NCBI GenBank assembly: GCA_041645145.1
Contig: JBAZQO010000002.1
Location: forward strand, 1 to 57,171
DNA length: 57,171 bases
From: Candidatus Omnitrophota bacterium
Lineage (GTDB): Bacteria; Omnitrophota; Gorgyraeia; Gygaellales; Profunditerraquicolaceae
Direction: 5' to 3'
The translations under genes and the position numbers were made by a program. Positions 44,099 to 54,280 of this stretch are shown one piece after another; position 1 is the stretch's first letter; each line of letters starts with the position of its first letter. A model generated the notes under the pieces. That model saw only the letters and a program-made list of their open reading frames with translations. It made no database searches and was not told the DNA's origin.

Positions 44099-44338
44099 AT
44101 GGCAGAGAAAGTAATGAAAGTAGGGGTCAAGAGGGAAAAAGGTTATCTCTATTATATTGACAAGCAGGGTGATGTCTCTTGCGCTAAGATGGCCAGAGGC
44201 AACAAAAAGGGAGGTAGCCCCAAGAAGGTAGCAAAATGCGGCATCAAGAGAAAAGTAGGCTACCTTTATTTCTTGGATAAGAAAGGCGATGTCTCTTGCG
44301 CCAAGATGAAAAGAGGCGGAAAGAAGAAAAAGAAGTAA
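44099..44338 (+). CDS. Small lysine-rich protein with an internal tandem duplication (unknown function)
   Basis: A 79-aa protein with two roughly 36-39 aa repeats: K.G.KR..GYLY..DK.GDVSCAKM.RG.KK. A GGGGGTG RBS lies 10 nt upstream, and the gene has its own strong terminator. Confidence 0.6.
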   Translation: MAEKVMKVGVKREKGYLYYIDKQGDVSCAKMARGNKKGGSPKKVAKCGIKRKVGYLYFLDKKGDVSCAKMKRGGKKKKK

Positions 44339-44353
44339 GTAAGCTCTACATAA

Positions 44354-44388
44354 GCCCCGCCCTTATTTATAAGGGCGGGGCCTGTTTA
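44354..44388 (+). terminator. Rho-independent terminator after the small basic protein gene
   Basis: A 12-bp perfect stem GCCCCGCCCTTA / TAAGGGCGGGGC with loop TTTA, followed by CTGTTTAT. Confidence 0.75.
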
Positions 44389-44420
44389 TATCACCTATAG
44401 GTTTAGCCCACGAGAATCAC

Positions 44421-45881
44421 ATGGTTTTAATAAATCCAAACTCATCCAAATTCGGGATCTTCCAGAGATATGTTCCCGTTAGCGTTCCTATCGGCGCAGG
44501 TTATCTTGCCGGATATTTACTGCATCACGGCAGGAAAGCCGAAATAATAGACGAACTCATCACACCGTTATCCAGGCCGTTGCTTGCTAAACTGCTTGAT
44601 AAACTTTCTCCCCCTTATATCTTTGGGATCTCGACTTTGACCGCCTGCTCGCAAAGAAGCTACGATATCTCAAGACAGATAAAGAATTGGTATCCCGATT
44701 CAATAATTATTTTAGGAGGGATACATCCTACAGTCCTGCCGGAGGAGGCATTAGCAAACGCGGAGGTTGATTTAGTTGTAAGGGGGGAAGGGGAGGAGAT
44801 ACTGCTTGAATTATACGACGCGATCAAAAACAGGAAAGATTATTCACAGATAAAAGGACTGTCATATAAAAGCGGCGGTAAATTAATCCATAATCCGCCT
44901 GCTGAATTGCCCGTTTTAGATGATTCCTTTTTTTTCCCGTACCATCTTTTCGAGAAGGGTTTGGGGAAATATAATTTTGGTTTTATTGCCAGCTCAAGAG
45001 GTTGCCCTTATGATTGTATATTTTGCAGCCAGAGGAGGATATCCGGACAGAGATTCCGCTATCTGCCCGAGGGGGTTATCCTGAATGAAATAGATTTGCT
45101 TATAAATAAATATAAACAGGCGCACATCAACTTTGTTGACGATAATTTTACCACGGACAAACAAAGGATAATCCGCTTATGCCGGGCCATGATAGATAAG
45201 GGATTTCAAAAAATGGCGACCTTTGATTGCCAGACAAGGGCGGATGCGGTTAACGATGAGATTTTGTCCTGGCTGAAGAAAGCCGGGTTCAGGGTGATAA
45301 ATTACGGCCTGGAAACCGCCTCAGAGAGACTGATGGTATTGTTAAACAAGAAAGAAACAGTAGCGGAGAATATCGCGGCGGTGAAGCTGGCAAAAAAACA
45401 TGGTTTTGGGGTATCCGGGACTTTTATCTTTGGCCTGCCGACAGAGACAAGGCTGGAGAGATGGCAGTCCTACCGGCTGGCCAAGGATCTCGATCTGGAT
45501 TATGTGCGTTTTAATAATGCTACGCCGTATCCCGGCACGAGGTTATATGAGATAGCCAAAGAGGAAGGCCGGCTCTTTGTGGAAAAGGGCTGGACCAATC
45601 TTAACGCCTGCGCATCCTTGGTTCAGGACTCGGTTACGGAATACCTGCTGCCCTATGTACCTGAAGGGTGCGATGAGAAGGAATTAAAGAAAGATATCAT
45701 TAAGGCTAACCTGTTCTTTTCGCTTAGGCCCAGAAGGGTCTTTAGGCTACTTACTAAAAGGATCGGACCTGTAGGGTGGTTCTATCTTCCTCCCCGATGG
45801 TATCTAAGTTTAAAAGAATGGAGTTGTCTCATAAGATTGGGCGCTAGTTTATTAAGGTCCTTGGCAAAAATATATATATGA
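44421..45881 (+). CDS. B12-binding-domain radical SAM protein (class B, COG1032-like)
   Basis: N-terminal Rossmann-like B12-binding region (VLINP...PIGAGYLAGYL...IILGGIHPT). Radical SAM cluster motif CPYDCIFC at 45003-45026. Hydrophobic, basic C-terminal tail. Confidence 0.85.
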   Translation: MVLINPNSSKFGIFQRYVPVSVPIGAGYLAGYLLHHGRKAEIIDELITPLSRPLLAKLLDKLSPPYIFGISTLTACSQRSYDISRQIKNWYPDSIIILGGIHPTVLPEEALANAEVDLVVRGEGEEILLELYDAIKNRKDYSQIKGLSYKSGGKLIHNPPAELPVLDDSFFFPYHLFEKGLGKYNFGFIASSRGCPYDCIFCSQRRISGQRFRYLPEGVILNEIDLLINKYKQAHINFVDDNFTTDKQRIIRLCRAMIDKGFQKMATFDCQTRADAVNDEILSWLKKAGFRVINYGLETASERLMVLLNKKETVAENIAAVKLAKKHGFGVSGTFIFGLPTETRLERWQSYRLAKDLDLDYVRFNNATPYPGTRLYEIAKEEGRLFVEKGWTNLNACASLVQDSVTEYLLPYVPEGCDEKELKKDIIKANLFFSLRPRRVFRLLTKRIGPVGWFYLPPRWYLSLKEWSCLIRLGASLLRSLAKIYI

Positions 45882-48157
45882 AGATAAGCGGAAGGCTTAG
45901 AGAGGTCATAGGGGTGGTGGCGGTTATGCTCGGGGTAGTTTGCCTGCAATGGGATTTGTGGGTTACCGGTAGGCTGATGCTCAGCCATGACAGTATTATA
46001 TGGTTCGGCATTTTTTCTTATTTTTCCGATTGCCTGCGGTATGGAATTCTGCCTCTTTGGAATCCGTATATGAACTGCGGGGAGATATTCTTTTTGAATA
46101 TACACGTCCTCCATCTATGGGACCCTCAAACCTTACTCCTGGTCTTTGCGGGTAAATTACTTAAGGTTAATACGTTGAGTATTTATCATTATGATCTCTT
46201 ATTCCGTTACCTGATCTTTATTTGGGGAAGCTATATTTTCTTCAGGCGCGTAGCGAAATACAGGTTCAGCGCTTTCCTTGCTTTTGTTACCTTGTCATTT
46301 TCGGCGCTTTGCAGTTCCTATCTTAAGCAGCATGGTTTTATCCTCTGTTTTTATACGCTTCCCTGGATTTTATTTTTTTCCTTCAAGTTCCTGGAAGAAA
46401 GGGAGCCGGTATCCCTATTATGGTTCTGTTTCCTGTTTGGTGTTGCGCTTTCTACCTCCGGATATCATATAATGTATCTTATTTCTTCTGTCGCGGTATT
46501 ACTTGCATGTATTTTTCTTTCCAAAGGTTTTGTCTTCCCTAAAAATGGCGGTTTAGCAAATAGCCGCAAAGCCGTATTAGGCGCTATTATAATTTTCCTG
46601 CTCCTTTCATTGAATTTAATTCCGGTTTTCCTGACTTATATTCGCGATACGGTGCCGGTTGTCAGGATCTTTGAAGCGACAAAGGCTGCGAATGCCTACC
46701 CTGCCGATTTCTTCAACTTGTTTACGCCTTATTCTTTTATGCTGCATTTTGAAATGATCTATTTTAGATCAATTCTTGCGTCAGAGGCGTTTTTGTACAT
46801 AGGCTTAATCCCCCTATTTCTGGCCATAGTCGGTTTATTCTATTCCCGCCATAAATACAAAATCGGCTTTATGCTCGCCTTGGGTGTTACGGTATTATTG
46901 ATGCTTGGCCCTAAGTTTGGCGTATTGAAATTCTTTTCTTATTTTTTCCCGTTTTTTTTCATAATCAGGAACACTCATACCTTTGCCACGTTTTTTATTT
47001 TTTGCCTGGTTTACTTTACTTGTATAGGCACAGACGCAATATTGGAGCGGATGGAAAACCCGGGATCAGGAAGGGCCCTGCCTAAGGGATTGATTTTAAT
47101 CGCTCTTTTTATCATTGTTGCGGCCATTTTGATCAACCGCTATGTGCTGATGGTTTACCAGGCTCCATTAGCGAAGTCCCCGGAGCTTTATATGTTTGTA
47201 TCTTCGCGTCTCGGGCAAGATTTCGCAACGCTTTTGAATAATCTTTTCTGCCGCTCCTACCGGCATGTTTTTATATTTATAGCATCCTTCTTAGTATTAT
47301 TTTATGTTATCAAAAGGCCGAAGATAAGCCTGTGGTTTAAATATCTCACACTGGTTTCCCTGGTGCTTATCGACCTGCTTTCTTTTAACGCGGTTCTATA
47401 CAGGTCTACGACTATGCCAAAGGCTGACCTATCTTTATGGCCTAAGGAGAAGCTGGCTTATAGCGATAAAAGGGTGCCTGTTATGTTGCCCAGGTATCCT
47501 TTTTTTGGTTTTGCCCCTGCGATGCAGAGGATATTTACCTCTTTTACTTTCAGGATGCCGCCGATAACGACACATTTTTATGAAATGAAGGATTTCTTTA
47601 ATTTTGAGAATGACCAGATGATCCGGCCGGAGATAAAAGAGATCTTTATGGGAGTAACTGACGGGAGGATGAAATTTGTGAACGGCGTTGTTGTTTTGCC
47701 GGTTGAACGCCAGGCCCAGGAATGCGCCAAGCTTGAAGAAAGCATAGCCCAAAGGGTAGTGTTTATCGAGGAGCCCCCCCCGGCAAGATTTGCAAAGCTG
47801 AAAATACCCCTGGAAAAGATTGCAGATGCCCAAATCGTAAAGGGGAAAATCAAGATTTTGGGTTTTGATCCAAACAGTATGCTTTTGGAAGTGCATCCAG
47901 AGGCGGATTGTGTTCTTTATTACATTGATGGATTCGACAGGTCATGGAGGGTTTTTATAGACGGCAAAGAAAGCAAGATTTATAGGGCGAATATGGCCTT
48001 TAAATCCGTTATCCTTGAAAAAGGCCCGCATACCGTACGCTTTATATATGACCCCAAGCTATACAAAATAACCTTGTTTTGTTATTTTGCGGGCCTTTTC
48101 ATTGCGGCCATCATGTTTATTTTCCACCCCGTATTCAGGAAGGGTGTACTTAAATGA
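45878..48157 (+). CDS. YfhO-like polytopic membrane protein (GT-C-type)
   Basis: A 759-aa protein with many TM segments. It has an N-terminal LPLWNPYMNCGE loop and a C-terminal YYIDGFDRSWRVFIDGKESKIYRANMAFKSVILEKGPHTVRFIYDP plus a terminal TM segment, as in the YfhO family. ATGA overlap with the upstream rSAM gene. Confidence 0.7.
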   Translation: MKISGRLREVIGVVAVMLGVVCLQWDLWVTGRLMLSHDSIIWFGIFSYFSDCLRYGILPLWNPYMNCGEIFFLNIHVLHLWDPQTLLLVFAGKLLKVNTLSIYHYDLLFRYLIFIWGSYIFFRRVAKYRFSAFLAFVTLSFSALCSSYLKQHGFILCFYTLPWILFFSFKFLEEREPVSLLWFCFLFGVALSTSGYHIMYLISSVAVLLACIFLSKGFVFPKNGGLANSRKAVLGAIIIFLLLSLNLIPVFLTYIRDTVPVVRIFEATKAANAYPADFFNLFTPYSFMLHFEMIYFRSILASEAFLYIGLIPLFLAIVGLFYSRHKYKIGFMLALGVTVLLMLGPKFGVLKFFSYFFPFFFIIRNTHTFATFFIFCLVYFTCIGTDAILERMENPGSGRALPKGLILIALFIIVAAILINRYVLMVYQAPLAKSPELYMFVSSRLGQDFATLLNNLFCRSYRHVFIFIASFLVLFYVIKRPKISLWFKYLTLVSLVLIDLLSFNAVLYRSTTMPKADLSLWPKEKLAYSDKRVPVMLPRYPFFGFAPAMQRIFTSFTFRMPPITTHFYEMKDFFNFENDQMIRPEIKEIFMGVTDGRMKFVNGVVVLPVERQAQECAKLEESIAQRVVFIEEPPPARFAKLKIPLEKIADAQIVKGKIKILGFDPNSMLLEVHPEADCVLYYIDGFDRSWRVFIDGKESKIYRANMAFKSVILEKGPHTVRFIYDPKLYKITLFCYFAGLFIAAIMFIFHPVFRKGVLK

Positions 48158-49569
48158 AAGTTTGTTTTGTTCAGAAGCAAATCTTTCCGTATTTTGGGGT
48201 GATGGCCCTTTCCGGCCAACTCAAGAAACAGGGATATGAGACGGATATCCTGATAGATGCTTGTGAAAAAGACGCAGTTTCGGCGTTAAAAAAAGCTAAA
48301 CCTGATTTGATCGCTTTTTCCGTATTGTCATCCGAGCATGCCTGGCTCCGGCAGATATCCTCCGAGTTAAAAAAGCAGATCCCCTCTGTTCCTATAGCCG
48401 CGGGAGGGGTTCATGCAATTCTGTATCCGGAGGAGGTCTTAGCGCTCCCCGGAGTGGATTATCTGTGTCATGGCGAGGGGGAATCCTCATTTACCGAGTT
48501 GGCGCGCTGTATCGCTTTAAAGAAACCAACCTCCAATATCCCCGGTATCTGCTTAAAAGAGGAGGGGAGTCTCCTGATGCGGGGTGTTGCTCCCATAACC
48601 GGAGATCTGGATTCATTTTTTGAGGACCGGCGCCTGTATTACGAGCGTTACCCTAAACTGGGAAAGCTTGCCTTAAAGGTTTTTATGTCCTCGCGCGGCT
48701 GCCCGTTTCACTGTTCTTTTTGCGCGAACAGCTCTATTATGCGGATTTTTGAGGGTAAGGGAGAATATATGCGGAGAAAGTCGCCGCAGCATTTTGTCGA
48801 AGAGATAAAACGCGTTGTTACCGACTATCCTACCACTTCGCTGTTTTTTGCCGATGACCTTTTTGCCATGGATACCGGCTGGCTTGAAATATTCGGCCCT
48901 TTGTATAAGAAAGAAGTAAACCTTCCCTATATATGCACAGCCAGGGTTGACGTGGTTAAAGAGGAGCATGCCCGGCTTCTTGCTGAATCCGGCTGCCATA
49001 CCGTAAGCTTTGGCGTGGAAACCGGAAACGAATTATTGCGCAAAGGTCTCCTTAATAAAACCATAAGTAATAAACGTATATTTGAGGGCGCAGGCATTAT
49101 TAAAAAAGCAGGCATAAGGATGCAGACCTCAAATATGTTCTGCCTGCCTGATGAATCGGTTGATGATGCGGTAGCGACGGTTGATCTGAATATCGCCATC
49201 GGCGCTGATTATATGTTTACGACAGTCCTGCTGCCGTTTCCCAAGACCGCCTTAGCCGCCTATTGCATAGATAAGGGGTTGCTTAAGAAAGAATATTCTT
49301 TTGAGGATATACCTAATTCATTTATCCAGGATTCGGTGTTGTCTTTAAACAATAAAGAAACCCTCCTTAACATCCATAAGGTAGCCCATCTTTGCGTGCG
49401 CTTCCCCCGCATGAAACCTTTTTTGATCTATATCGCCAAAAAAATTAAATGCAGGCAACTATTCTTATTTCTCTGGTTGTTCGGAACTTTTATCAGGTTC
49501 AGGGAGGAGAGGCAGTTGAGTTTATGGAGGACAGCGCGCTATCTTTGGGAGTACCGGCGGGGTTTGTGA
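48154..49569 (+). CDS. B12-binding-domain radical SAM protein (class B), second copy
   Basis: Same architecture as 44421-45881 but divergent in sequence. CPFHCSFC at 48700-48723. ATGA overlap with the YfhO-like gene. Hydrophobic, basic C-terminal tail. Confidence 0.85.
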   Translation: MKVCFVQKQIFPYFGVMALSGQLKKQGYETDILIDACEKDAVSALKKAKPDLIAFSVLSSEHAWLRQISSELKKQIPSVPIAAGGVHAILYPEEVLALPGVDYLCHGEGESSFTELARCIALKKPTSNIPGICLKEEGSLLMRGVAPITGDLDSFFEDRRLYYERYPKLGKLALKVFMSSRGCPFHCSFCANSSIMRIFEGKGEYMRRKSPQHFVEEIKRVVTDYPTTSLFFADDLFAMDTGWLEIFGPLYKKEVNLPYICTARVDVVKEEHARLLAESGCHTVSFGVETGNELLRKGLLNKTISNKRIFEGAGIIKKAGIRMQTSNMFCLPDESVDDAVATVDLNIAIGADYMFTTVLLPFPKTALAAYCIDKGLLKKEYSFEDIPNSFIQDSVLSLNNKETLLNIHKVAHLCVRFPRMKPFLIYIAKKIKCRQLFLFLWLFGTFIRFREERQLSLWRTARYLWEYRRGL

Positions 49570-49578
49570 GCAAACTAT

Positions 49579-51432
49579 ATGGAAAGAATAGATAAATTTT
49601 GTCAAAAATGGGCTGAGCATCTGCTCTGGGCCTCCATTTTGTCGTACATCCTTGTTTTCGGGTATTTGTGTTTTTTAAAGTACCAGTCTTTTAATTATAC
49701 GGATTGGGATCTGGCAGGAGACGCCGTTGTCTTCTGGAGCAGTATTCATGGTAAGCTTCTATATTACTCCTTCCTGGAGCAGATAATTTTCGGGGCTCAC
49801 TTATATTTAATAATCTTCCTGATTTTGCCGATATACGCGGTCTTTCAAAGTCCTTTGACGCTTCTATTTCTGCAAAGCATATTCCTGGGATTGGCAGCGT
49901 TTCCCCTGTATCTTTTAGCCAGGAGCAGGCTGAACAAGACCTTTTCTTTGTCTATAGCCATTGCCTATTTACTATACCCTTCGATCGGGTATATGAATTT
50001 GTTTGAGACGCATTTTGACATATATGAGATATTTTTTCTTTTCTTTGCCTTGTATTACTTTGAAAAAGAGAATTTCAGAAGGTTTCTTGTTTTTATAATA
50101 CTGACCATCTTTTGCAAGGAAAACGCAAGTTTAGCGGTATCTATGCTCGGCATATACGCGTTGATACGGAAAAGGTCTAAAAAATGGGTCTTAATTCCTT
50201 TCTTGGCAGGAGTTGCCTGGTTTCTATTGTCGGTGAAGCTGATAATCCCGCATTTTACAAAGGACGCCCAATTATATCAGGGTGGTTTTATATTCAGCCA
50301 CTATTATAAGCACCTGGGTAGTAATCTGTTTGAGATGGTTAAAACGGTTATCCTCCATCCGGTAAGTACCGCGTTTTTTGCTTTTACCCCCCGTAAGTTA
50401 ACTTATATTCTTCATTTGCTTATGCCGGTTGGATTTTTGGGATTATTCAGCCCCCTGGTTTTGTTGCCGGCAATCCCGGTTTTTATGCAGAATTTATTAT
50501 CTGTGGCCCAGACTCATTCGTCGATTGAATTTCAATATGCTGCTTTACTGATCCCGTTCATATTCTTTTCGGTAATCCACTCCTTTGTTAAGCTGCTGCG
50601 TTACAAGGTTGTTATCAGGAATCAAGGGGCATTATTATGCTGTTTTTTCGGGTTTGTTATTTTTTCCGGTATCTATTTACAGGCCCCGCAATTTGATATC
50701 ATCGGATATATGTATCGGTACCGGATTGACTATTTTAGCGCGCAAAAAGATAAATTGATCAGGTCGGTGCCGCGCAAATCCCCGGTTATTGCGACTTTTC
50801 AGTTTTTGCCAAAATTAGCAAACAGGCGGGATCTCTATTCCATGCATCTTATAGCGATGGGTTACAAGATGTACACGAACACGAGATATGAGCCGCCTAA
50901 GAATCTTGAATACGCTTTGATAGATTTTAACGAGCCCCTTATGCTAAGCGCATTTTTCCCGCCGCAAGGGGCAGGCAATATCCGCACCTTTCTTGAAACC
51001 GGAGATTGGAGGGTTTTTAAGGCTTTTGATGATACGGTCTTATTCAAAAAGGGGTATGAGGAAGGATACCGGCTCTGCGAAGAGGTACGTAATCCTAAAA
51101 TAGGCAATCCTATGAATCTGGTCTTGAAAAACGGGATTATTTTCTTAGGGTATGATATCGTGGATAATAAAATATCCGACAGCAGGATATTGCACCTGGT
51201 ATACTATTGGAAAAAGACAAAGGGGGCAAGGCCTCCCTTGGGATTTTTTATCCAATTCTCAGATCCTCCCGGAAATGTCGTTTTTGTGAAAGGGCATATT
51301 TTCGGATACAGAGTATATTTACAGGATGAATGGAAGGATGGCCAGATAATGAAAGAACATCAGTATATCTTGATTCCTCCAGGAGCAGAAAAAAAGAGCT
51401 ACAGGATTGATTTCGGCCCATTCATTAATTAG
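49579..51432 (+). CDS. DUF2079-like polytopic membrane protein (GT-C-like)
   Basis: A 617-aa protein. The N-terminal [19 protein letters not shown] ... [16 protein letters not shown] ... [21 protein letters not shown] resembles the DUF2079 signature as I recall it. Soluble C-terminal domain. Confidence 0.65.
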   Translation: MERIDKFCQKWAEHLLWASILSYILVFGYLCFLKYQSFNYTDWDLAGDAVVFWSSIHGKLLYYSFLEQIIFGAHLYLIIFLILPIYAVFQSPLTLLFLQSIFLGLAAFPLYLLARSRLNKTFSLSIAIAYLLYPSIGYMNLFETHFDIYEIFFLFFALYYFEKENFRRFLVFIILTIFCKENASLAVSMLGIYALIRKRSKKWVLIPFLAGVAWFLLSVKLIIPHFTKDAQLYQGGFIFSHYYKHLGSNLFEMVKTVILHPVSTAFFAFTPRKLTYILHLLMPVGFLGLFSPLVLLPAIPVFMQNLLSVAQTHSSIEFQYAALLIPFIFFSVIHSFVKLLRYKVVIRNQGALLCCFFGFVIFSGIYLQAPQFDIIGYMYRYRIDYFSAQKDKLIRSVPRKSPVIATFQFLPKLANRRDLYSMHLIAMGYKMYTNTRYEPPKNLEYALIDFNEPLMLSAFFPPQGAGNIRTFLETGDWRVFKAFDDTVLFKKGYEEGYRLCEEVRNPKIGNPMNLVLKNGIIFLGYDIVDNKISDSRILHLVYYWKKTKGARPPLGFFIQFSDPPGNVVFVKGHIFGYRVYLQDEWKDGQIMKEHQYILIPPGAEKKSYRIDFGPFIN

Positions 51433-51442
51433 AGGCTGCGTA

Positions 51443-54280
51443 ATGTCAACTGAAAACATAATTATCCGCGGGGCAAGGGAGCATAATTTAAAGAACATAA
51501 ACCTGGATCTGCCGCGCAATAAGCTGATTGTTGTCACCGGCTTATCAGGATCGGGAAAATCCAGCCTTGCCTTTGATACGATCTATGCCGAAGGCCAGAG
51601 GAGGTTCGTGGAGAGTCTTTCCAGTTATGCCCGGCAGTTCTTAGAGCAGCTGCAGAAACCGGATGTTGAATTTATCTCCGGGCTTTCACCGGCAATTGCC
51701 ATTGAACAGCGCTCTGCCGGAGGCAACCCCCGTTCAACGGTTGCCACCCAAACCGAGATCTATGATTACTTAAGGTTATTATTTGCCAAAATCGGGAAGG
51801 TCTATTGTTATAAGTGCGGCTCGCTTGTAGAGAGGCAAAGCGCCCAGGAGATAATCGAGATAATCCTGGATTCTGCCGCAAACAGCGATGTGCATATTCT
51901 TGCCCCCCTGATCAGCGGCAGGAAAGGCGAACATAAAGATGTTTTTCTGCAGATCCAGAAATCAGGGTTTGTGCGCGCCAGGGTTGACGGGAAAATTTAT
52001 GAACTTGGGGCAGAGATAAAATTAGCCAAATATAAGATTCATAATATTGAGGTCGTGGTTGACCGCTTAAATATCAGGCAAGATGTTTTGCCCAGGCTTA
52101 CTGATTCCATCGAGACCGCGCTTAAAGTAGGCAACGGTATGGTCATTATCAGCCCGGGCAAATCCCAGGATATGGTCTTTAGCGAGCAATATGCCTGCGC
52201 AAAGTGCGGCATAAGCTATGCCGCACTCCAGCCGCGTAATTTTTCTTTTAATTCCCCCTATGGCGCCTGCCCCGAATGTAACGGACTGGGCACTAAACTT
52301 AAATTTGACCCGGAGCTGATCGTCCCGGATAAAGACAAAAGCATTAATGCAGGCGCGCTTGCTCCCTGGAGGCGCGGAGGAAGAGGTTACATCCTTTATT
52401 ATCGCTGGCTTATCCGCCAGTTGAGTTACCGCCTGAAGTTTGATTTGGATACTCCGTTTAAAAGATTATCCAGGCATGTACAGAAGGTCATTCTCTATGG
52501 GATAAAAGAGGAAGTTGGCAATAGGCCAGAGGGCCATGGTTTGGCTTCCTTTAGCCAAAGCCATAAACCTTTTGAAGGGGTTATCCCCAATTTAGAGAGA
52601 TTATTTCATCAGACAGACAGCGATTATCTGAAAGAAGAGATAAGCTTGTTTATGTCCAGCCTTCCTTGCCCGGTGTGTAAGGGCGCCAGGCTTAAACTTG
52701 AAAGCCTTGCGGTGAGAATAAATCAGAAGAATATATGGGAGGTCTCCCGGATGTCTATAAAAGAGGCGCTGAATTTTTTAAGCTCCCCTAAATTAACGCA
52801 CAAGGAGAAACTGGTCAGTTACCAGGTGTTAAAAGAGATAACCCGGAAGTTAAAATTCTGCGTGGACGTGGGCCTGGATTACTTAAGCTTGGATAGGAAA
52901 AGCTCAACCTTATCCGGGGGAGAGGCGCAGAGGATACGCCTGGCTACTCAGGTGGGCTCGGGATTGGTGGGAGTCTTATATTGTTTGGATGAGCCGAGCA
53001 TCGGCTTGCACCAGCGGGATAATAAAAAGCTGCTGGCAACATTAAAGGCGCTGCGCGACCTGGGGAATACTTTAGTTGTCGTTGAGCATGATGAAGCCAC
53101 TATTCTCGCTGCGGATTATATTGTGGATTTAGGCCCGGGCGCGGGCAGGCACGGCGGAAAGGTTATCTTTTCCGGCGTCAAGGATGCGCTTCTAAAAGAT
53201 AAGGAGTCCTTAACCGCGAAATATCTACGGGGTGAACTTAAGATTGATTTACCGATAGTGCGCAGGCCATGGAGGACAATGAAATATATTGAAATCAAAG
53301 GGGCAAGCGAGCACAATCTTAAGAACATTGACCTGCGTTTCCCCCTGGGCACGCTTATCTGCGTAACCGGGGTAAGCGGCTCGGGTAAATCCACCCTGAT
53401 TGCCGATATACTTTATCCGGCGCTGGCCCGGAAGATTTACAGGTCCAAGATTAAGCCCGGGGCATTTAAGAGTATAAGCGGGACAGAAAACATTGATCAG
53501 GTGATTGTGGTTGATCAGGCTCCTATCGGAAGGACCCCACGCTCAAACCCGGTAACTTATACCGGGGTGTTTAGCCATATAAGGGATATATTTGCCCAGC
53601 TTCCCCAGGCGCGCCTGCGTGGATATAAACCGGGAAGGTTTTCTTTTAATGTTAAAGGCGGGCGCTGTGAATCCTGCGGTGGAGACGGGATAAAAAAAAT
53701 CGAGATGCATTTCTTACCCGATGTATATGTAAAATGCGATTTGTGCAAGGGCTTGAGGTTTAACGCCTCAACCTTAGAGATTAAATATAAGGGAAGGTCA
53801 ATCGCCGAAGTTTTAGAGATGACTGTTGAGGAGGCGCTGGAGTTATTTGTGAACATCCCAAAAATAAACAATACCCTGGGATATCTCTCTGATGTAGGTT
53901 TGGGTTATATTCAATTGGGCCAGAGCGCAACTACCCTTTCCGGGGGTGAAGCGCAAAGAATCAAACTTTCTTCGGAATTATGCAAACGCTCAACCGGCAA
54001 AACGCTTTATCTTCTGGATGAACCTACTACCGGGCTGCATTTCGCGGATGTGGCCAGGTTAATAAACGTGCTGCAGAGATTAGTCCAGCGCGCCAACACG
54101 GTTGTGGTAATTGAGCATAATTTAGAGGTAATTAAATGCGCGGATTTTATTATTGATCTGGGGCCTGAAGGCGGAGATAAAGGCGGAGAGCTTCTGGCCG
54201 GCTGTGCTCCCGAAGAGCTGGTTAAGGCGGAGAATTCTTACACCGGGAGGTCTTTAAGAGAATTTTTGTCAAGCAAATGA
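51443..54280 (+). CDS. uvrA: Excinuclease ABC subunit A
   Basis: [14 protein letters not shown], two [18 protein letters not shown] Walker A motifs, zinc-finger Cys pairs and two LSGGEAQRI signatures. Start at ATG 51443 ([10 protein letters not shown]). Confidence 0.97.
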   Translation: MSTENIIIRGAREHNLKNINLDLPRNKLIVVTGLSGSGKSSLAFDTIYAEGQRRFVESLSSYARQFLEQLQKPDVEFISGLSPAIAIEQRSAGGNPRSTVATQTEIYDYLRLLFAKIGKVYCYKCGSLVERQSAQEIIEIILDSAANSDVHILAPLISGRKGEHKDVFLQIQKSGFVRARVDGKIYELGAEIKLAKYKIHNIEVVVDRLNIRQDVLPRLTDSIETALKVGNGMVIISPGKSQDMVFSEQYACAKCGISYAALQPRNFSFNSPYGACPECNGLGTKLKFDPELIVPDKDKSINAGALAPWRRGGRGYILYYRWLIRQLSYRLKFDLDTPFKRLSRHVQKVILYGIKEEVGNRPEGHGLASFSQSHKPFEGVIPNLERLFHQTDSDYLKEEISLFMSSLPCPVCKGARLKLESLAVRINQKNIWEVSRMSIKEALNFLSSPKLTHKEKLVSYQVLKEITRKLKFCVDVGLDYLSLDRKSSTLSGGEAQRIRLATQVGSGLVGVLYCLDEPSIGLHQRDNKKLLATLKALRDLGNTLVVVEHDEATILAADYIVDLGPGAGRHGGKVIFSGVKDALLKDKESLTAKYLRGELKIDLPIVRRPWRTMKYIEIKGASEHNLKNIDLRFPLGTLICVTGVSGSGKSTLIADILYPALARKIYRSKIKPGAFKSISGTENIDQVIVVDQAPIGRTPRSNPVTYTGVFSHIRDIFAQLPQARLRGYKPGRFSFNVKGGRCESCGGDGIKKIEMHFLPDVYVKCDLCKGLRFNASTLEIKYKGRSIAEVLEMTVEEALELFVNIPKINNTLGYLSDVGLGYIQLGQSATTLSGGEAQRIKLSSELCKRSTGKTLYLLDEPTTGLHFADVARLINVLQRLVQRANTVVVIEHNLEVIKCADFIIDLGPEGGDKGGELLAGCAPEELVKAENSYTGRSLREFLSSK

